From NCBI GenBank assembly GCA_965217775.1, contig CBDCJH010000002.1, positions 864,001-928,000 on the forward strand: a stretch of 64,000 bases of DNA, given 5' to 3'. This DNA comes from Acidobacteriota bacterium (GTDB lineage Bacteria > Acidobacteriota > UBA6911 > RPQK01 > JAJDTT01). Under the pieces are notes generated by a model. The model searched no databases, was not told the DNA's origin, and worked only from the letters and a program-made list of their open reading frames with translations. This document shows, piece by piece, positions 1-11,897 of this stretch (the first letter of the stretch is position 1; each line of letters starts with the position of its first letter). Made by a program: the position numbers and the translations under genes.

Positions 1-11
1 TGGGTAGAACC

Positions 12-737
12 GTGGCCGACCGTTTCGGCTGGAAGCTGGGTCAGACGATTCATACCGGCAGCAATCTCTTCCCGACCGAGCTGGAATTGACGATCCGCGC
101 CATCTATGAGGCCGGTGGCGACGAGGGCGGCAGCATCTATTTCCATTGGGACTACTTCAACGAACTCATGAACGACAACGGCGTTACCGGAACTTTTTCG
201 ATCCGGGCCTCTTCACCGGAGGTGTTGTCCGGCATCGCCGAAGAGGTGGACGGCCTCTTCAAGAATTCGATGGCTCCCACCAAGACCGAAACCGAGAAAG
301 CCTTCATCATGGGGTTTGTCTCCATGCTGGGAAACGTTCAGTTTCTGATCAGCAGTATCTGTCTGGCCGTGATCTTTGCCGTCAGTCTCGTAGCCGCGAA
401 CACCATGGCCATGTCCATCCGCGAGCGTGTACGGGAGATCGGGATTCTAAAGACCCTTGGTTTCCGGAAGGCCCAGGTTTTGGGTTTGTTGTTGAGTGAG
501 TCGCTTTTCCTGGCAATGAGCGGGGCAGGCTTGGGCGCGCTGAGCGCTCGCCTGATTTTCCAGTACGTGCCGATGCAGGCCATCAGCAACGGGTTCATCC
601 AGAATTTCGAAGTCCAATTCTCCACCATCGCGGTCTGCATTTTGATTGGAGCCGTGATCGGACTGCTCGCCGCCGGCCTGCCCGCTTGGCAGGCGGCCCG
701 GCGGCCGACTCTCGAGGCATTGCAAAGTGTGGGCTAG
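12..737 (+). CDS. ABC transporter permease (FtsX/MacB-like), 5'-truncated by window edge
   Basis: FtsX-type C-terminal motif SIRERVREIGILKTLGF and TM helices. Confidence 0.85.
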   Translation: MADRFGWKLGQTIHTGSNLFPTELELTIRAIYEAGGDEGGSIYFHWDYFNELMNDNGVTGTFSIRASSPEVLSGIAEEVDGLFKNSMAPTKTETEKAFIMGFVSMLGNVQFLISSICLAVIFAVSLVAANTMAMSIRERVREIGILKTLGFRKAQVLGLLLSESLFLAMSGAGLGALSARLIFQYVPMQAISNGFIQNFEVQFSTIAVCILIGAVIGLLAAGLPAWQAARRPTLEALQSVG

Positions 738-811
738 CGGTTCGTGGTGAAGGACGGACGCAGCACCAAGACGGCGGTTGGAACACGGTTCGGAACCGGC
801 GCGGATAGAGC

Positions 812-1978
812 GTGATGAAGATCCCCATTCGATACAACTTGCGGAGTCTCTGGGTAAGGCGAGTCGGCACCCTGATGACCGCATTGGGAATTGGGCTCAC
901 AGTGGCCATTCTAGTCGCGATGATGGCCCTCATCGACGGCCTCGACTCGACCTTCGTCAACACCGGAAACCCCAATGACCTGGTGGTCATTCGGCAAGGC
1001 TCCCAGAACGAGACCAACAGCTATCTGGACCGGAACCTCTTTCCGAAGGTCCGCTTTCTGCCGGAGGTGGCTCGCGACCAGGACGACGAGCCGTGGGCTT
1101 CCGGCGAGCTCATCGTCGTCATCAATCATGAGCGCATCACCGGAGCAGGTGAGACCTCGAACATCGTCGTTCGCGGCACCGGCAACCGGGGCTTCGAAAT
1201 GCGGCCGGAAGTCCGGATCGTCGAGGGACGACGCCATGCAAAAGGGGTGCGGGAACTGATCGTGAGCCGTTCACTGTCGCGCCGCTTCAAGAACATGAAG
1301 CTGGGCGATACCCTGCCCATTGCGCAGAATGAGTGGGCCGTGGTGGGTATTTTCGACGCCGGTGGCACGGCCTACGATTCCGAAATCTGGGGGGACTACG
1401 ACGAGATCGCGTTGGCCTGGAATCGACCGATCTACACCTCTTTCCTGGTGCGCGCCAATAATGCACAGGCTCGAGCGGATCTGGCGAAACGGATCGAGGA
1501 GGATCGGAACATCGAGCTGCAGGCCATCCCCCAAGACGAATACTACGAGGGACAAACGATATCCTCCATTGGAATCAAAGCTCTGGGGATCTTTATCGCT
1601 GTGGTGATGGGAATCGGTTCCTGCTTTGCCGCCATGAACATGATGTACGGTACCGTCATGGCCCGGTTCAAAGAGATTGCAACCCTGCGAGCACTGGGAT
1701 TTCGCAGACGGAGCATCCTGGCATCCTTCCTGGTAGAGTCCGTCCTGTTGGCGTTGCTGGGAGGAGTCGTGGGCTGTGTCATGGCCCTGCCGGTCCACGG
1801 CATTACCACGGGGACCACCAATTTCGCCAGTTTCAGCGAAGTCTTGTTCCATTTTCGAATCACCCCCGAAATCCTTTTCAAAGCGATTCTATTCGTCGGT
1901 TTGGTGGGGATTGCGGGAGGTTTGCTCCCGGCTGCACGAGCCGCCCGGGTGCGCTTGATCGACGTGATGCGAGACTGA
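812..1978 (+). CDS. ABC transporter permease (FtsX/MacB-like)
   Basis: N-terminal TM, periplasmic domain, ARFKEIATLRALGF motif. Confidence 0.9.
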   Translation: MMKIPIRYNLRSLWVRRVGTLMTALGIGLTVAILVAMMALIDGLDSTFVNTGNPNDLVVIRQGSQNETNSYLDRNLFPKVRFLPEVARDQDDEPWASGELIVVINHERITGAGETSNIVVRGTGNRGFEMRPEVRIVEGRRHAKGVRELIVSRSLSRRFKNMKLGDTLPIAQNEWAVVGIFDAGGTAYDSEIWGDYDEIALAWNRPIYTSFLVRANNAQARADLAKRIEEDRNIELQAIPQDEYYEGQTISSIGIKALGIFIAVVMGIGSCFAAMNMMYGTVMARFKEIATLRALGFRRRSILASFLVESVLLALLGGVVGCVMALPVHGITTGTTNFASFSEVLFHFRITPEILFKAILFVGLVGIAGGLLPAARAARVRLIDVMRD

Positions 1979-3135
1979 TGGAAAAAGATTTGAAAGCGTT
2001 GCGCATCGACCGCAACCGTCGGCGTTCCAGGCCGTCCCCCAACTTGTGGCTGATCGGACTGGCGGCCTTCCTTGCGGGCGCCGTCCTGACCGCGCTGCTT
2101 TTCCACAACCTTTCCCGGCAGACACCCGATCTGGCTCGGGCCGAAGCCCAGGCGGACCCGGGCGCGGTTGCCGCGGCCGGTGCTGCGGTCGATCGGGCGT
2201 CGGATCGGGACGGACCGTTGCTGATCGTCTCGGGCTACATCGTCCCTCACCACCGGATCGAAGTCAGTTCCCGAATTATGGGGAAGGTCGCTTGGGTCGG
2301 AGTCGATAAATCGGATCGAGTCGAAAAGGGTCAATTGCTGGTCCGGCTGGAGGACGCTGAATTCCAAGCCCAACTCCAGCAGGCAGAAGCCGGTTTTCAC
2401 TCGGCACGGGCCCGCCTCAGCGAACTGGAAACCGGTTCACGGCCCGAAGAGATCGAGATCGCAAAGGCGGAGTTGGAAAGAAGCCGCGCCGAATTCGACA
2501 ACGCCGATCTCGAGTATCGCCGCTTCATCCAACTCATCGAAAGTGGAGTCATCGCTCAACAACGGGTCGACAATGCCCGGTCTCGCCGCGACATGGCCAA
2601 GGCCGCCGTTGCCGTCGCCGAGAAAAACCACCTGCTCCTGGAGATCGGCCCCCGAACCGAGCAGATCCAGGCTGCCCGTGCCGACCTCGAGCGAAGCCAG
2701 GCGGCCATCCGATACGGGCAAACCCAACTGCAGGAGACGGAGATCCGGGCACCCGTCAGCGGGACCATTCTGGAACGGGTCGTTGAAGTCGGTGAAATGG
2801 TCTCGGCCTACTTCATGGGGGGAGCCGTCCTGGTGGCGTTGGCGGATCTGCGAGATTTACAGGCGGAGCTGGATATCAGCCAATCCGATTTTCACAACAT
2901 CTCGCCCGATAACGGGTGCAAGATGTCTCCCATCGCCTATCCGAGGCGGGAATACGAATGTGAGTTGGAAGAGATTGCACCCGAGGCCAACCGGCAGCGA
3001 GCCACGATCCAGGTAAAGGTCCAGATTCTGGAACCGGATGAATACCTTCGGCCGGAGATGGATGTTCAGGTCACTTTCTTTCGCAAACGGACCGCTTCCG
3101 GGGCTGAAGACACGACCGCTGAGGACACGGGATGA
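1978..3135 (+). CDS. Efflux periplasmic adaptor (MacA/HlyD-like)
   Basis: TM anchor, lipoyl halves ([10 protein letters not shown]; IRAPVSGTI), coiled coil. Confidence 0.9.
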   Translation: MEKDLKALRIDRNRRRSRPSPNLWLIGLAAFLAGAVLTALLFHNLSRQTPDLARAEAQADPGAVAAAGAAVDRASDRDGPLLIVSGYIVPHHRIEVSSRIMGKVAWVGVDKSDRVEKGQLLVRLEDAEFQAQLQQAEAGFHSARARLSELETGSRPEEIEIAKAELERSRAEFDNADLEYRRFIQLIESGVIAQQRVDNARSRRDMAKAAVAVAEKNHLLLEIGPRTEQIQAARADLERSQAAIRYGQTQLQETEIRAPVSGTILERVVEVGEMVSAYFMGGAVLVALADLRDLQAELDISQSDFHNISPDNGCKMSPIAYPRREYECELEEIAPEANRQRATIQVKVQILEPDEYLRPEMDVQVTFFRKRTASGAEDTTAEDTG

Positions 3136-3854
3136 TGAAGGTATTGATCGAAATGCGGCATCTGAGCCGGGTGTTCCAGCGCGATACCGTCCAGGTCGTG
3201 GCGCTGAAGGACATCAACCTGGACATCCGTGAAAAGGACTTCATCAGCTTGATGGGACCGTCCGGCTCGGGAAAGAGCACGCTGCTCAACCTGATTGCCG
3301 GCATCGACCGGCCGACCGGCGGCCAACTCCAGGTCCTGGGCGAAGATCTGACCGCCCTCAACGAAGACGAGCTGGCTGCCTGGCGCAATGAACACGTGGG
3401 ATTCGTGTTTCAGCACTTCAACCTGATCCCTGTCCTGACCGCCTTCGAGAACGTCGAACTCCCCTTGCTGCTGACCTCACTCTCCCGGCAGGAACGGCGA
3501 GAGCATGTGGAGACCGCCCTGCGGCTGGTGAACCTCTCGGACCGGATACGCCACTATCCGCGCCAGCTCAGCGGAGGCGAGGAACAGCGGGTAGCCATCG
3601 CCCGTGCAATCGTCACCGATCCCACCTTCATCCTGGCCGACGAACCGACCGGTGACCTGGACGCCGACTCGGCTGGGGACATCCTCAAGGTGCTGGACGC
3701 CCTGAACCGGAGCTTCGGAAAGACCATCGTGATGGTCACCCACGATCCCCGCGCCGCGGCTTTCGCCCGGATCAACCATCATCTGGAAAAAGGGTCCCTG
3801 CTGGGAAAGGCCCCGGCCACGACGCTCCATCCATCCACCGCTGACGGCTTATAG
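3132..3854 (+). CDS. ABC transporter ATP-binding protein (LolD/MacB type)
   Basis: [28 protein letters not shown]. Confidence 0.95.
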   Translation: MMKVLIEMRHLSRVFQRDTVQVVALKDINLDIREKDFISLMGPSGSGKSTLLNLIAGIDRPTGGQLQVLGEDLTALNEDELAAWRNEHVGFVFQHFNLIPVLTAFENVELPLLLTSLSRQERREHVETALRLVNLSDRIRHYPRQLSGGEEQRVAIARAIVTDPTFILADEPTGDLDADSAGDILKVLDALNRSFGKTIVMVTHDPRAAAFARINHHLEKGSLLGKAPATTLHPSTADGL

Positions 3855-3895
3855 CTCCCTAATCTCGAATTCTTGTGCAACTTGACGAAGAATAG

Positions 3896-3987
3896 TAGGT
3901 AGGGGCGCCCCTTGTGGGCGCCCTCTTCGGTCCAAAGCGGAGCAAGACGTTAGGAAGGGGGACATTCTTGTCCCCCATTCTTCCTCC
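3896..3987. repeat. Two REP-like palindromes
   Basis: GTAG-GGGCGCCC-CTTGT-GGGCGCCC and GGGGGAC-ATTCTT-GTCCCCC hairpins in an intergenic region. Confidence 0.55.
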
Positions 3988-4238
3988 ACGTTCCATTCGA
4001 AATTCCAAGTAATCACGAAGACGCTGTTGAGTTTGCCGATTCTGGTTTCCAACGGGCCACTGGACACTCTCGGTCGCGGACTTTTCGTCTGAGAACTTTT
4101 CGAACCACTGAAGGATCGTGATTCCATTGCGGTTCGCTTTCCCGGGTGCGTTGTAGCTTGCTCTCTACATCATGAGAGGAGTGTACAAGTGAGGTGTTAT
4201 CTTGACAGGATTTCCTTATAATCTCCGATTTATATTTC

Positions 4239-6518
4239 CTACACCGGAACCATAAGGCCGTCTTGGAATCTCCGATTGGGGCCGTTGTGTACTGCCATCA
4301 AGAGTTCCTCTGCTAATTCGATCCCTTTTACCTTGTCAATATTCGCATTGCTAATGTCCCAGGACTTGGCTGGCTCAATACAGTTCTGGCAACCCAACGA
4401 GCACTTGCAGTTACGGGCAATCTCAACACCTTTCTTCAGAGCTACATGCCACACGCTAAACAGCTTTTTGGAAACACCGATTCCTCCTGGATAATTCTCG
4501 TAGCAATACGCGGCCAGTTCACTTCCCGTCCGAGAGTAGGTACTCGTGTCGAATCGGTCTGCCGGGATCACGAACATTGCGCCTACACGAATCATGTGCT
4601 CCAAAGCACCAATCCCATCAACGGCGACTACGCTTTGTGGGACATCAATCCAAAACGAGTGCAGGTTGTTCAGAAAAAGGGCGCCTTTGTCGCCCCCAGT
4701 CCTGAGAGTTTCACCAGAACGTTCATCCACTAGCTTAAAGCCTGTGAAGTTCATCACGATATTGAGAGAGCCGTAATAAACGCTAATGTCCCCATAACTG
4801 AAACCATCGAAAAAATCCGACCTCGAAAACACTGGGTAGAATCCTGGCTCGGTTCTCAGATATTGGTCAGTATCTTCAAGAACAATGGCTTGCTCTTCAT
4901 GGGACCTCACGTGATAACGTTGACCGAAGAAAGGGAAAATCGCTCCGATATAGGCCTCACGGAATCGGCGCATAGCAGAAATTTGGCCCAACTCCTGATT
5001 GTTTTTTCTTAGAGTGAAAGACTGCCCAATACCTCCGCGAAGGTTCAGGCGAGGCTGTGGCTTAAAACCCGTAGGCACTGTTCCTTGGTTCTTTCTGGCC
5101 GCACTGAAAAATGGACTGCCAAGTATAGTTTCTTCGGGAGGCAGTACCTGTCCGCCTGTTTCTTCCATAAGCGAGGGAATGTGTTTCGCGATTAGCTCTT
5201 CGTTGGCCGGATCGACCACCAGTTCGTCAAAGGGCTTTTCCAGAAAGGCTTGCAAATTCCCCACGAAGAAACGATCAATCGGGTCATTCATCGCGTAGAA
5301 CAGCACGAAAGCGTCCTTGTCCCAACCTCGTCCAGCCCGGCCAATCTGCTGCCAAGCGGACATTATGCTGGGGGGGAATCCGCCTAATATCACGCCGTCC
5401 AGACCGCCAACGTCCAGTCCTATTTCCAGAGCATTGGTCGTGAATACCACTCGAACCTGACCTGTTTTGATTCGCTCTTGGATTTCCTGGCGCCGCTCGG
5501 GTCTCAAGTCGGCATGGTATGCTGAAATCTGCTCAGGCTCCAAGCCACATTCCGAGGCTGTGCGCCTACAGTTGCTAAAAGCCGCCTCCAGAAATCGCTT
5601 TGTTGGGCAAAACACCAATACTTGTAAGCCTTCCACCAAAGCCGTTATTGAGGCTTGCTCAACTCGCAACCTGAGAATATCCCAATATTTGAAATCAGGG
5701 ATTTCAGGATCAATGAACACGAAATGCCGTTTGGGACGAAGCACATCTCTTGCCGATACCACCTCCGTGTCTCGTCCGGTGAGAGATTCGGCGTGTTCCT
5801 GCGGATTTGCACAAGTGGCGGTGGACAGAAACACCTGGGGGTGTGCTTTGATACGATTTAAATACAAAAAAAATCGCCGCAACAGAAGAGCCATGTTGCT
5901 GCCGAAAAACCCACGATATTCATGCATCTCGTCGATCACGACATACCGTAGATTACGCAGGTATCTAGCGCCGTCGGTATGCTTGTCCCACGACTCCCGA
6001 CTGCCCAGAAATGACATATTTAAGTATTCGGGATTAGTGAGTAGGATGTGGCAAGGATTCTGGCGAAGGCATGCCTTGATTTCTTCTCCCGTATCCCCAT
6101 CATAAGGCCAGGACTCGATGTCGAGTGGTTGGCAAATCTTCCTGATCTGCTCTCGCTGGTCGAAAGCCAACGCCTTCATCGGGTATATCATCATTGCGTG
6201 GGAGCCCGGGTTTTCCTTTAGAACATGAAGCATTGGTGCGGCGAATCCCAGTGTCTTTCCGCTGGCAGTCGGCGACTCCATCACCACATCAGCTCCGCTC
6301 AGGGACTTGGTGATTGCATCGGCCTGATGCTGGTATGGCTGTGATATGCCAATCTGAAGTAATGCACCGCGGACAGCAGGATTGAGTTGGGCTGGCCAAT
6401 CCTTCGCATAGTCGGGTTGAATTCGATCAACTACTTTTCGGTTTATCCTATCGTTGTCCCGTAGCGCGCCAAACTCCTTCAACTTTGACAGGAAGTCGTT
6501 AATGCTGACTCCACTCAT
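4239..6518 (-). CDS. DEAD/DEAH helicase with C-terminal DUF1998 Zn motif (YprA/MrfA/Hrq1-like)
   Basis: PYQHQ, PTASGKT, DEMH, SAT, QQIGRAGR, C-terminal CKCSLGCQNC; GGAGG RBS before ATG 6518; visibly lower GC than flanks. Confidence 0.9.
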   Translation of the reverse strand: MSGVSINDFLSKLKEFGALRDNDRINRKVVDRIQPDYAKDWPAQLNPAVRGALLQIGISQPYQHQADAITKSLSGADVVMESPTASGKTLGFAAPMLHVLKENPGSHAMMIYPMKALAFDQREQIRKICQPLDIESWPYDGDTGEEIKACLRQNPCHILLTNPEYLNMSFLGSRESWDKHTDGARYLRNLRYVVIDEMHEYRGFFGSNMALLLRRFFLYLNRIKAHPQVFLSTATCANPQEHAESLTGRDTEVVSARDVLRPKRHFVFIDPEIPDFKYWDILRLRVEQASITALVEGLQVLVFCPTKRFLEAAFSNCRRTASECGLEPEQISAYHADLRPERRQEIQERIKTGQVRVVFTTNALEIGLDVGGLDGVILGGFPPSIMSAWQQIGRAGRGWDKDAFVLFYAMNDPIDRFFVGNLQAFLEKPFDELVVDPANEELIAKHIPSLMEETGGQVLPPEETILGSPFFSAARKNQGTVPTGFKPQPRLNLRGGIGQSFTLRKNNQELGQISAMRRFREAYIGAIFPFFGQRYHVRSHEEQAIVLEDTDQYLRTEPGFYPVFSRSDFFDGFSYGDISVYYGSLNIVMNFTGFKLVDERSGETLRTGGDKGALFLNNLHSFWIDVPQSVVAVDGIGALEHMIRVGAMFVIPADRFDTSTYSRTGSELAAYCYENYPGGIGVSKKLFSVWHVALKKGVEIARNCKCSLGCQNCIEPAKSWDISNANIDKVKGIELAEELLMAVHNGPNRRFQDGLMVPV

Positions 6519-6699
6519 GTGAACCTCCATAGGTGAGGGCTGATTTCGCGTGCATGTGCGTCAAAAACTCGGTCCCGAGCTTACCAATTGTTACCTCTCT
6601 TGAACAGGAATCGAATTGACTCATAGTAAATCGGCCCGGAACGTATTCTTTGTCTCAAAAAAGAAATCTTCCCGAAATGAATAAAGAAAGGGCTCCAGG

Positions 6700-6896
6700 A
6701 AAGTGGCCTGGGGAGATATTGGAGATATGGGAACGGCGGGTTCTGGTGAAGGAGTTTGCGGCGCAATATCGGAGAGCAGGCATGAAGGAAAAGGGGAAGA
6801 TCCTGGACCGGTTTGTGAAGGCGACGAACTGCCGCCGCCACGACGCGTCTTGGCTCCTTCACAACCACGGTCGGCGGGGCAGGTTGAGGTCGGGAG
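6700..6896 (+). pseudogene. Transposase N-terminal remnant
   Basis: ERRVLVKEFAAQYRRAGMKEKGKILDRFVKATNCRRHDASWLLHNHG resembles N-termini of integrase-core IS transposases; it abuts a truncated CRISPR repeat. Confidence 0.55.
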
Positions 6897-8127
6897 GGCG
6901 GGGAACACAAGGGAATCGACAAGGGGCTGCGGAACCAGTGCGGTCCATCCCCGCGTAGGCGGGGAACACGCAGGCACAGGATCTTCCGGTTCTCCGAACA
7001 TCGGTCCATCCCCGCGTAGGCGGGGAACACTCCAGCTTCAGCTTCTTCAGCTTCTCCTTCAACGGTCCATCCCCGCGTAGGCGGGGAACACCGGATCCCC
7101 CCGCTTTGCGTTCTGGTCGCAGGCGGTCCATCCCCGCGTAGGCGGGGAACACTCCGTCGTCTCGTCCTGGGCCTGGCGCTGCAACGGTCCATCCCCGCGT
7201 AGGCGGGGAACACGACTCCCGCGAACAGGTGGAGCTGGGCGTATCCGGTCCATCCCCGCGTAGGCGGGGAACACCCTATAATCGGGGGTGGCGGGGGGGC
7301 GTAGGTCGGTCCATCCCCGCGTAGGCGGGGAACACGATATCGAGATCATCCTCCCCAGCGACCACACCGGTCCATCCCCGCGTAGGCGGGGAACACCGAT
7401 GTCGTCTTTGTCCACTCCGACGGTCCATCGGTCCATCCCCGCGTAGGCGGGGAACACTCAACTCGCTCGACCAGGATCTCAGCGACGACCGGTCCATCCC
7501 CGCGTAGGCGGGGAACACAACAGTCGTCCAAGACCTAGCTGAACTTCAACGGTCCATCCCCGCGTAGGCGGGGAACACTGCTGGGGGAATATCCAGTACA
7601 GCGTCGACGTCGGTCCATCCCCGCGTAGGCGGGGAACACGTGGAGAATCATCGTGACGAGGAACTGGTGCCCGGTCCATCCCCGCGTAGGCGGGGAACAC
7701 ATCCAGACCAGTGCATCTCGTAGCACCGGCGTCGGTCCATCCCCGCGTAGGCGGGGAACACGTTCTTTCCGTCGAGGTAGGTGACGCCGAACACGGTCCA
7801 TCCCCGCGTAGGCGGGGAACACGACTTCAGCGAGAGCGCCCGCGCCAATTCGTCCGGTCCATCCCCGCGTAGGCGGGGAACACCCTCTCCTCGCTCTCAG
7901 GTTCGCCACTCGATACGGTCCATCCCCGCGTAGGCGGGGAACACCCGTCCAGAAGAGCTCGCACAGCGTCCAGATCCGGTCCATCCCCGCGTAGGCGGGG
8001 AACACTGCAATCGGACAGATTCCTCCTGGTCAGGGAGCGGTCCATCCCCGCGTAGGCGGGGAACACTCCTCAGTTCAAAGTACTCACGAACAGTTCAACG
8101 GTCCATCCCCGCGTAGGCGGGGAACAC
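6897..8127 (-). CRISPR. Type I-E CRISPR array: 20 identical 29-bp repeats plus one truncated trailer repeat, 20 spacers
   Basis: Repeat GTGTTCCCCGCCTACGCGGGGATGGACCG (minus strand) starting at 6941, 7002 ... 8099; 32-bp spacers (one of 31 bp at 7519-7549); 12-bp partial repeat at 6897-6908. Confidence 0.99.
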
Positions 8128-8214
8128 TCTTGTTACAATCGTCTGATTCTAAAAGACTTGGTCCCAGTTAAAAAAGGTACCAACTCAGATGGGGTTATTT
8201 CGATCCGAACCACT
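8128..8214 (-). promoter_or_regulatory. CRISPR leader with IHF site
   Basis: AT-rich; AATCAGACGATTG (8148-8136) matches WATCARNNNNTTR, 8 bp from the first repeat; upstream TTGGTAC-T-tract motif. Confidence 0.8.
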
Positions 8215-9427
<1,213 letters not shown>

Positions 9428-9431
9428 AGCT

Positions 9432-10142
9432 TCAGGCCCTGCGGATCAGCATCAACCCGCACCCAAATGACTTCGCCCGGCCCAAACCCCTGGCGAGGGC
9501 TGTGACGAAAGTACCGGGCTCCGTTACGGTCAGGATCCCTTTCAAATCGATTAAACCCAACGTGATGCGGTTTCGTCCGCCACGGGGAATACGACGAACC
9601 GAGTAGTTTTCAACTAGTATCTGCTCTACGAGAAATCCTTTGCTCTTTCCTTGGGCAGCTAGCCAGTCGTTTGCGACTTGACCCGCGACCTCCATCCGTA
9701 GGCCGGCCCGTGCGCTGACCGGATTACTGACATTGGTATTCTGACTTCGTGCTCTGTGTAAAGCATCCATGACGAGATCGACGCGCCGGTTGGGCTTGCG
9801 GCCGTTCTTGTCTTGCAGCACTCGGCGGTCCTTAGTCGCGTTCGCACGTAGGATAAAAGACAGGCGGTCACCAGGGGCCAATACCGGTGCGAAATCCGTC
9901 GTTTCCAGGGGCTGAAACACACCTGATTGAGTGGGCGCTCGACGTGAGAGTATGAAAAAGCGCCCGCTCCCGTCGGCCCGCCAAAGGAAGTCGCGAACCT
10001 TGTCCTTGCCTGGAAACAGTGTCCAGATCAGGCGGTGATGCGCGTCGAGCGCCCGGTTGAGATCGGCTGGATCCAAAAGAGGGGCGAGTGCCGCCATTCC
10101 TGCGTCTCGATCCAAAACAGCACGGGTCAGATAAAGGTTCAT
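9432..10142 (-). CDS. cas6e: Cas6e/Cse3
   Basis: HHRLIWTLF, G-loop GLGRAKSFGCGLM. Confidence 0.95.
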   Translation of the reverse strand: MNLYLTRAVLDRDAGMAALAPLLDPADLNRALDAHHRLIWTLFPGKDKVRDFLWRADGSGRFFILSRRAPTQSGVFQPLETTDFAPVLAPGDRLSFILRANATKDRRVLQDKNGRKPNRRVDLVMDALHRARSQNTNVSNPVSARAGLRMEVAGQVANDWLAAQGKSKGFLVEQILVENYSVRRIPRGGRNRITLGLIDLKGILTVTEPGTFVTALARGLGRAKSFGCGLMLIRRA

Positions 10143-10834
10143 GTACTCGTATCGAGATCGAAGCGCCAGACTTCAGCTTGTCCAAAATGCCATTTGACTC
10201 GATCCACCGGTTCAACGGGTAGGATCTCAATTTGGTCCGGGCTTTCTCCAGGGAACGGGTCGCATGTCACGGCGCCCGGAGAAGTGCGACGGAGCCAGGA
10301 TGGGGGAGAGACAGAAGTTAACGCGGCCACCGGATTCGGCGCGTCTATAAGGACTGGTTTCATTGGTGCCGCCAGCGGACAGGATTTTCGCCCCAGATAG
10401 AGCACGAACATCGGCCGCCGTAAGGCCATTGCAAGTTTCCGCAGAGGCCACCGTCCATTCTCACGCCACACCACGACGGCAAAAGCCACGTCTGTGCGGT
10501 AGTCGCGTAGCGTGATGATTGTATTGGGAACGTGCTCAAGTTCCTCGAATGCGGCGCGGCGGCTGTCAGGGTGTTTGATCTTCGACGGAATCGTCTGGAC
10601 GGTGTGATAATCGCGCAGTGGCAAGCTCTCCGTCAGCGGGCGAACACCGACACGGTAGTTTAGTAATTCGGCCTGCCGGTCAGAATCTGTCCGTTCAATG
10701 CCCAATGCAGCGCCAAGTAATCCGAGAATTGCGGAACGTGATGGAACAATATCCGAGCCGCGTCGTTCCTGACCCGCATAGGTCCCGAAAGCTCCCATTG
10801 GGCCACACAGGATGAAAACGAGATGCTCATTCAT
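10139..10834 (-). CDS. cas5e: Cas5e/CasD
   Basis: PSRSAILGLLGAALG, RDYHTVQ, LYLGRKSCP. Confidence 0.95.
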   Translation of the reverse strand: MNEHLVFILCGPMGAFGTYAGQERRGSDIVPSRSAILGLLGAALGIERTDSDRQAELLNYRVGVRPLTESLPLRDYHTVQTIPSKIKHPDSRRAAFEELEHVPNTIITLRDYRTDVAFAVVVWRENGRWPLRKLAMALRRPMFVLYLGRKSCPLAAPMKPVLIDAPNPVAALTSVSPPSWLRRTSPGAVTCDPFPGESPDQIEILPVEPVDRVKWHFGQAEVWRFDLDTST

Positions 10835-11897
10835 CTGATATCTGCCCTGATGCAAAGGCCTTGATCGTGCGCAGGTCTCCGTTTCGGCTCTCTACGTTCA
10901 TGATTTTGAATTCTCTCGCTTGTGGACCGTATGCGTCGTCGATTTTCTCTGCCATCGTTTCGAGTGCCACGACGGACGCCCGCATCAGATCGCTTCCTGT
11001 TACCGGCTTGAGAAATGCAGCCGCAAGGCTGCGAGGTTGGATCTGTCCTGCCTCGGCACGGATATATCCCGCACGTACATGATGATTGTAGCTGTTGCGC
11101 TTTCCGGACGGGCTCGACGTCGCGAACGCTTCCACTGCTGCCTCTATGGCTTGGCGTGCCAGAGCGCGGTCACCGTTGAGGTTTCTTACCAAGAGGCTCG
11201 TGTCGATGCAGGTGTAGAGGTAATAAACGCCTGAACCAAATCCGGCATCTCCTACGAAGCCCGCGCCCATGTCCTCTGCGGGCCGGCTCAGATCATCGAC
11301 CGCAGTGTAGTAGTCATCCTCGACAACGGCTCTGTGGGTCGTGATCGCATGCGAAACTTGTACTGCCGCTTCGCGATTGAAATTGGGGTCGTCCGCGAGC
11401 ATCCGACCGAACATGGCCACATCAACAGCGCCGTCTGCGGTGCGCAGTATGACTTGGTTGAGTTTGTCCGGCTTGGCTTCTCCGGCTAGCATCCTGTTCG
11501 CCCAATCGATCGCTGCCGCGCGCTCTTCCGGCGAAACGAACGCAAGCTGGCGGATACGAATGTGGGCGGGATTTTTCTTGATCGCCGCCTTATCCAATTT
11601 GCCGAAAATGGCAGCGACGGTTTGAGCGATCTTGCGCGCCTTGCTTTCGGACGCGCCCTTTCCCAGGAGATGTTTGCAGACTTCTTCTCCGATGCGTCGG
11701 GTGCGTTCGCCCATATGTCCCTGTAGCTCCCTCTTCATCGCATCTGACAGGCGTGCTGCGCGTTTGATCGATTGTGAAGACAAACGGAGGCGCGGTATGC
11801 CGCCGTAGATAGCAGTTTTCGGGCGACCCTGATCGTCACGGTTCGGATTGGACGGTGGATACACAGTCAGGAAATGTAACTGAATGAAACAGGTCAT
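10827..11897 (-). CDS. cas7: Cas7/Cse4
   Basis: NPNRDDQGRPKTA, RLSSQSIKRAAR, VDVAMFGRM. Confidence 0.96.
   Translation of the reverse strand: MTCFIQLHFLTVYPPSNPNRDDQGRPKTAIYGGIPRLRLSSQSIKRAARLSDAMKRELQGHMGERTRRIGEEVCKHLLGKGASESKARKIAQTVAAIFGKLDKAAIKKNPAHIRIRQLAFVSPEERAAAIDWANRMLAGEAKPDKLNQVILRTADGAVDVAMFGRMLADDPNFNREAAVQVSHAITTHRAVVEDDYYTAVDDLSRPAEDMGAGFVGDAGFGSGVYYLYTCIDTSLLVRNLNGDRALARQAIEAAVEAFATSSPSGKRNSYNHHVRAGYIRAEAGQIQPRSLAAAFLKPVTGSDLMRASVVALETMAEKIDDAYGPQAREFKIMNVESRNGDLRTIKAFASGQISDE

Noticed and set aside
6581-8066. Multiple ORFs with repeating MFPAYAGMDR / VPRLRGDGP
   Set aside because: Translations of the CRISPR repeats
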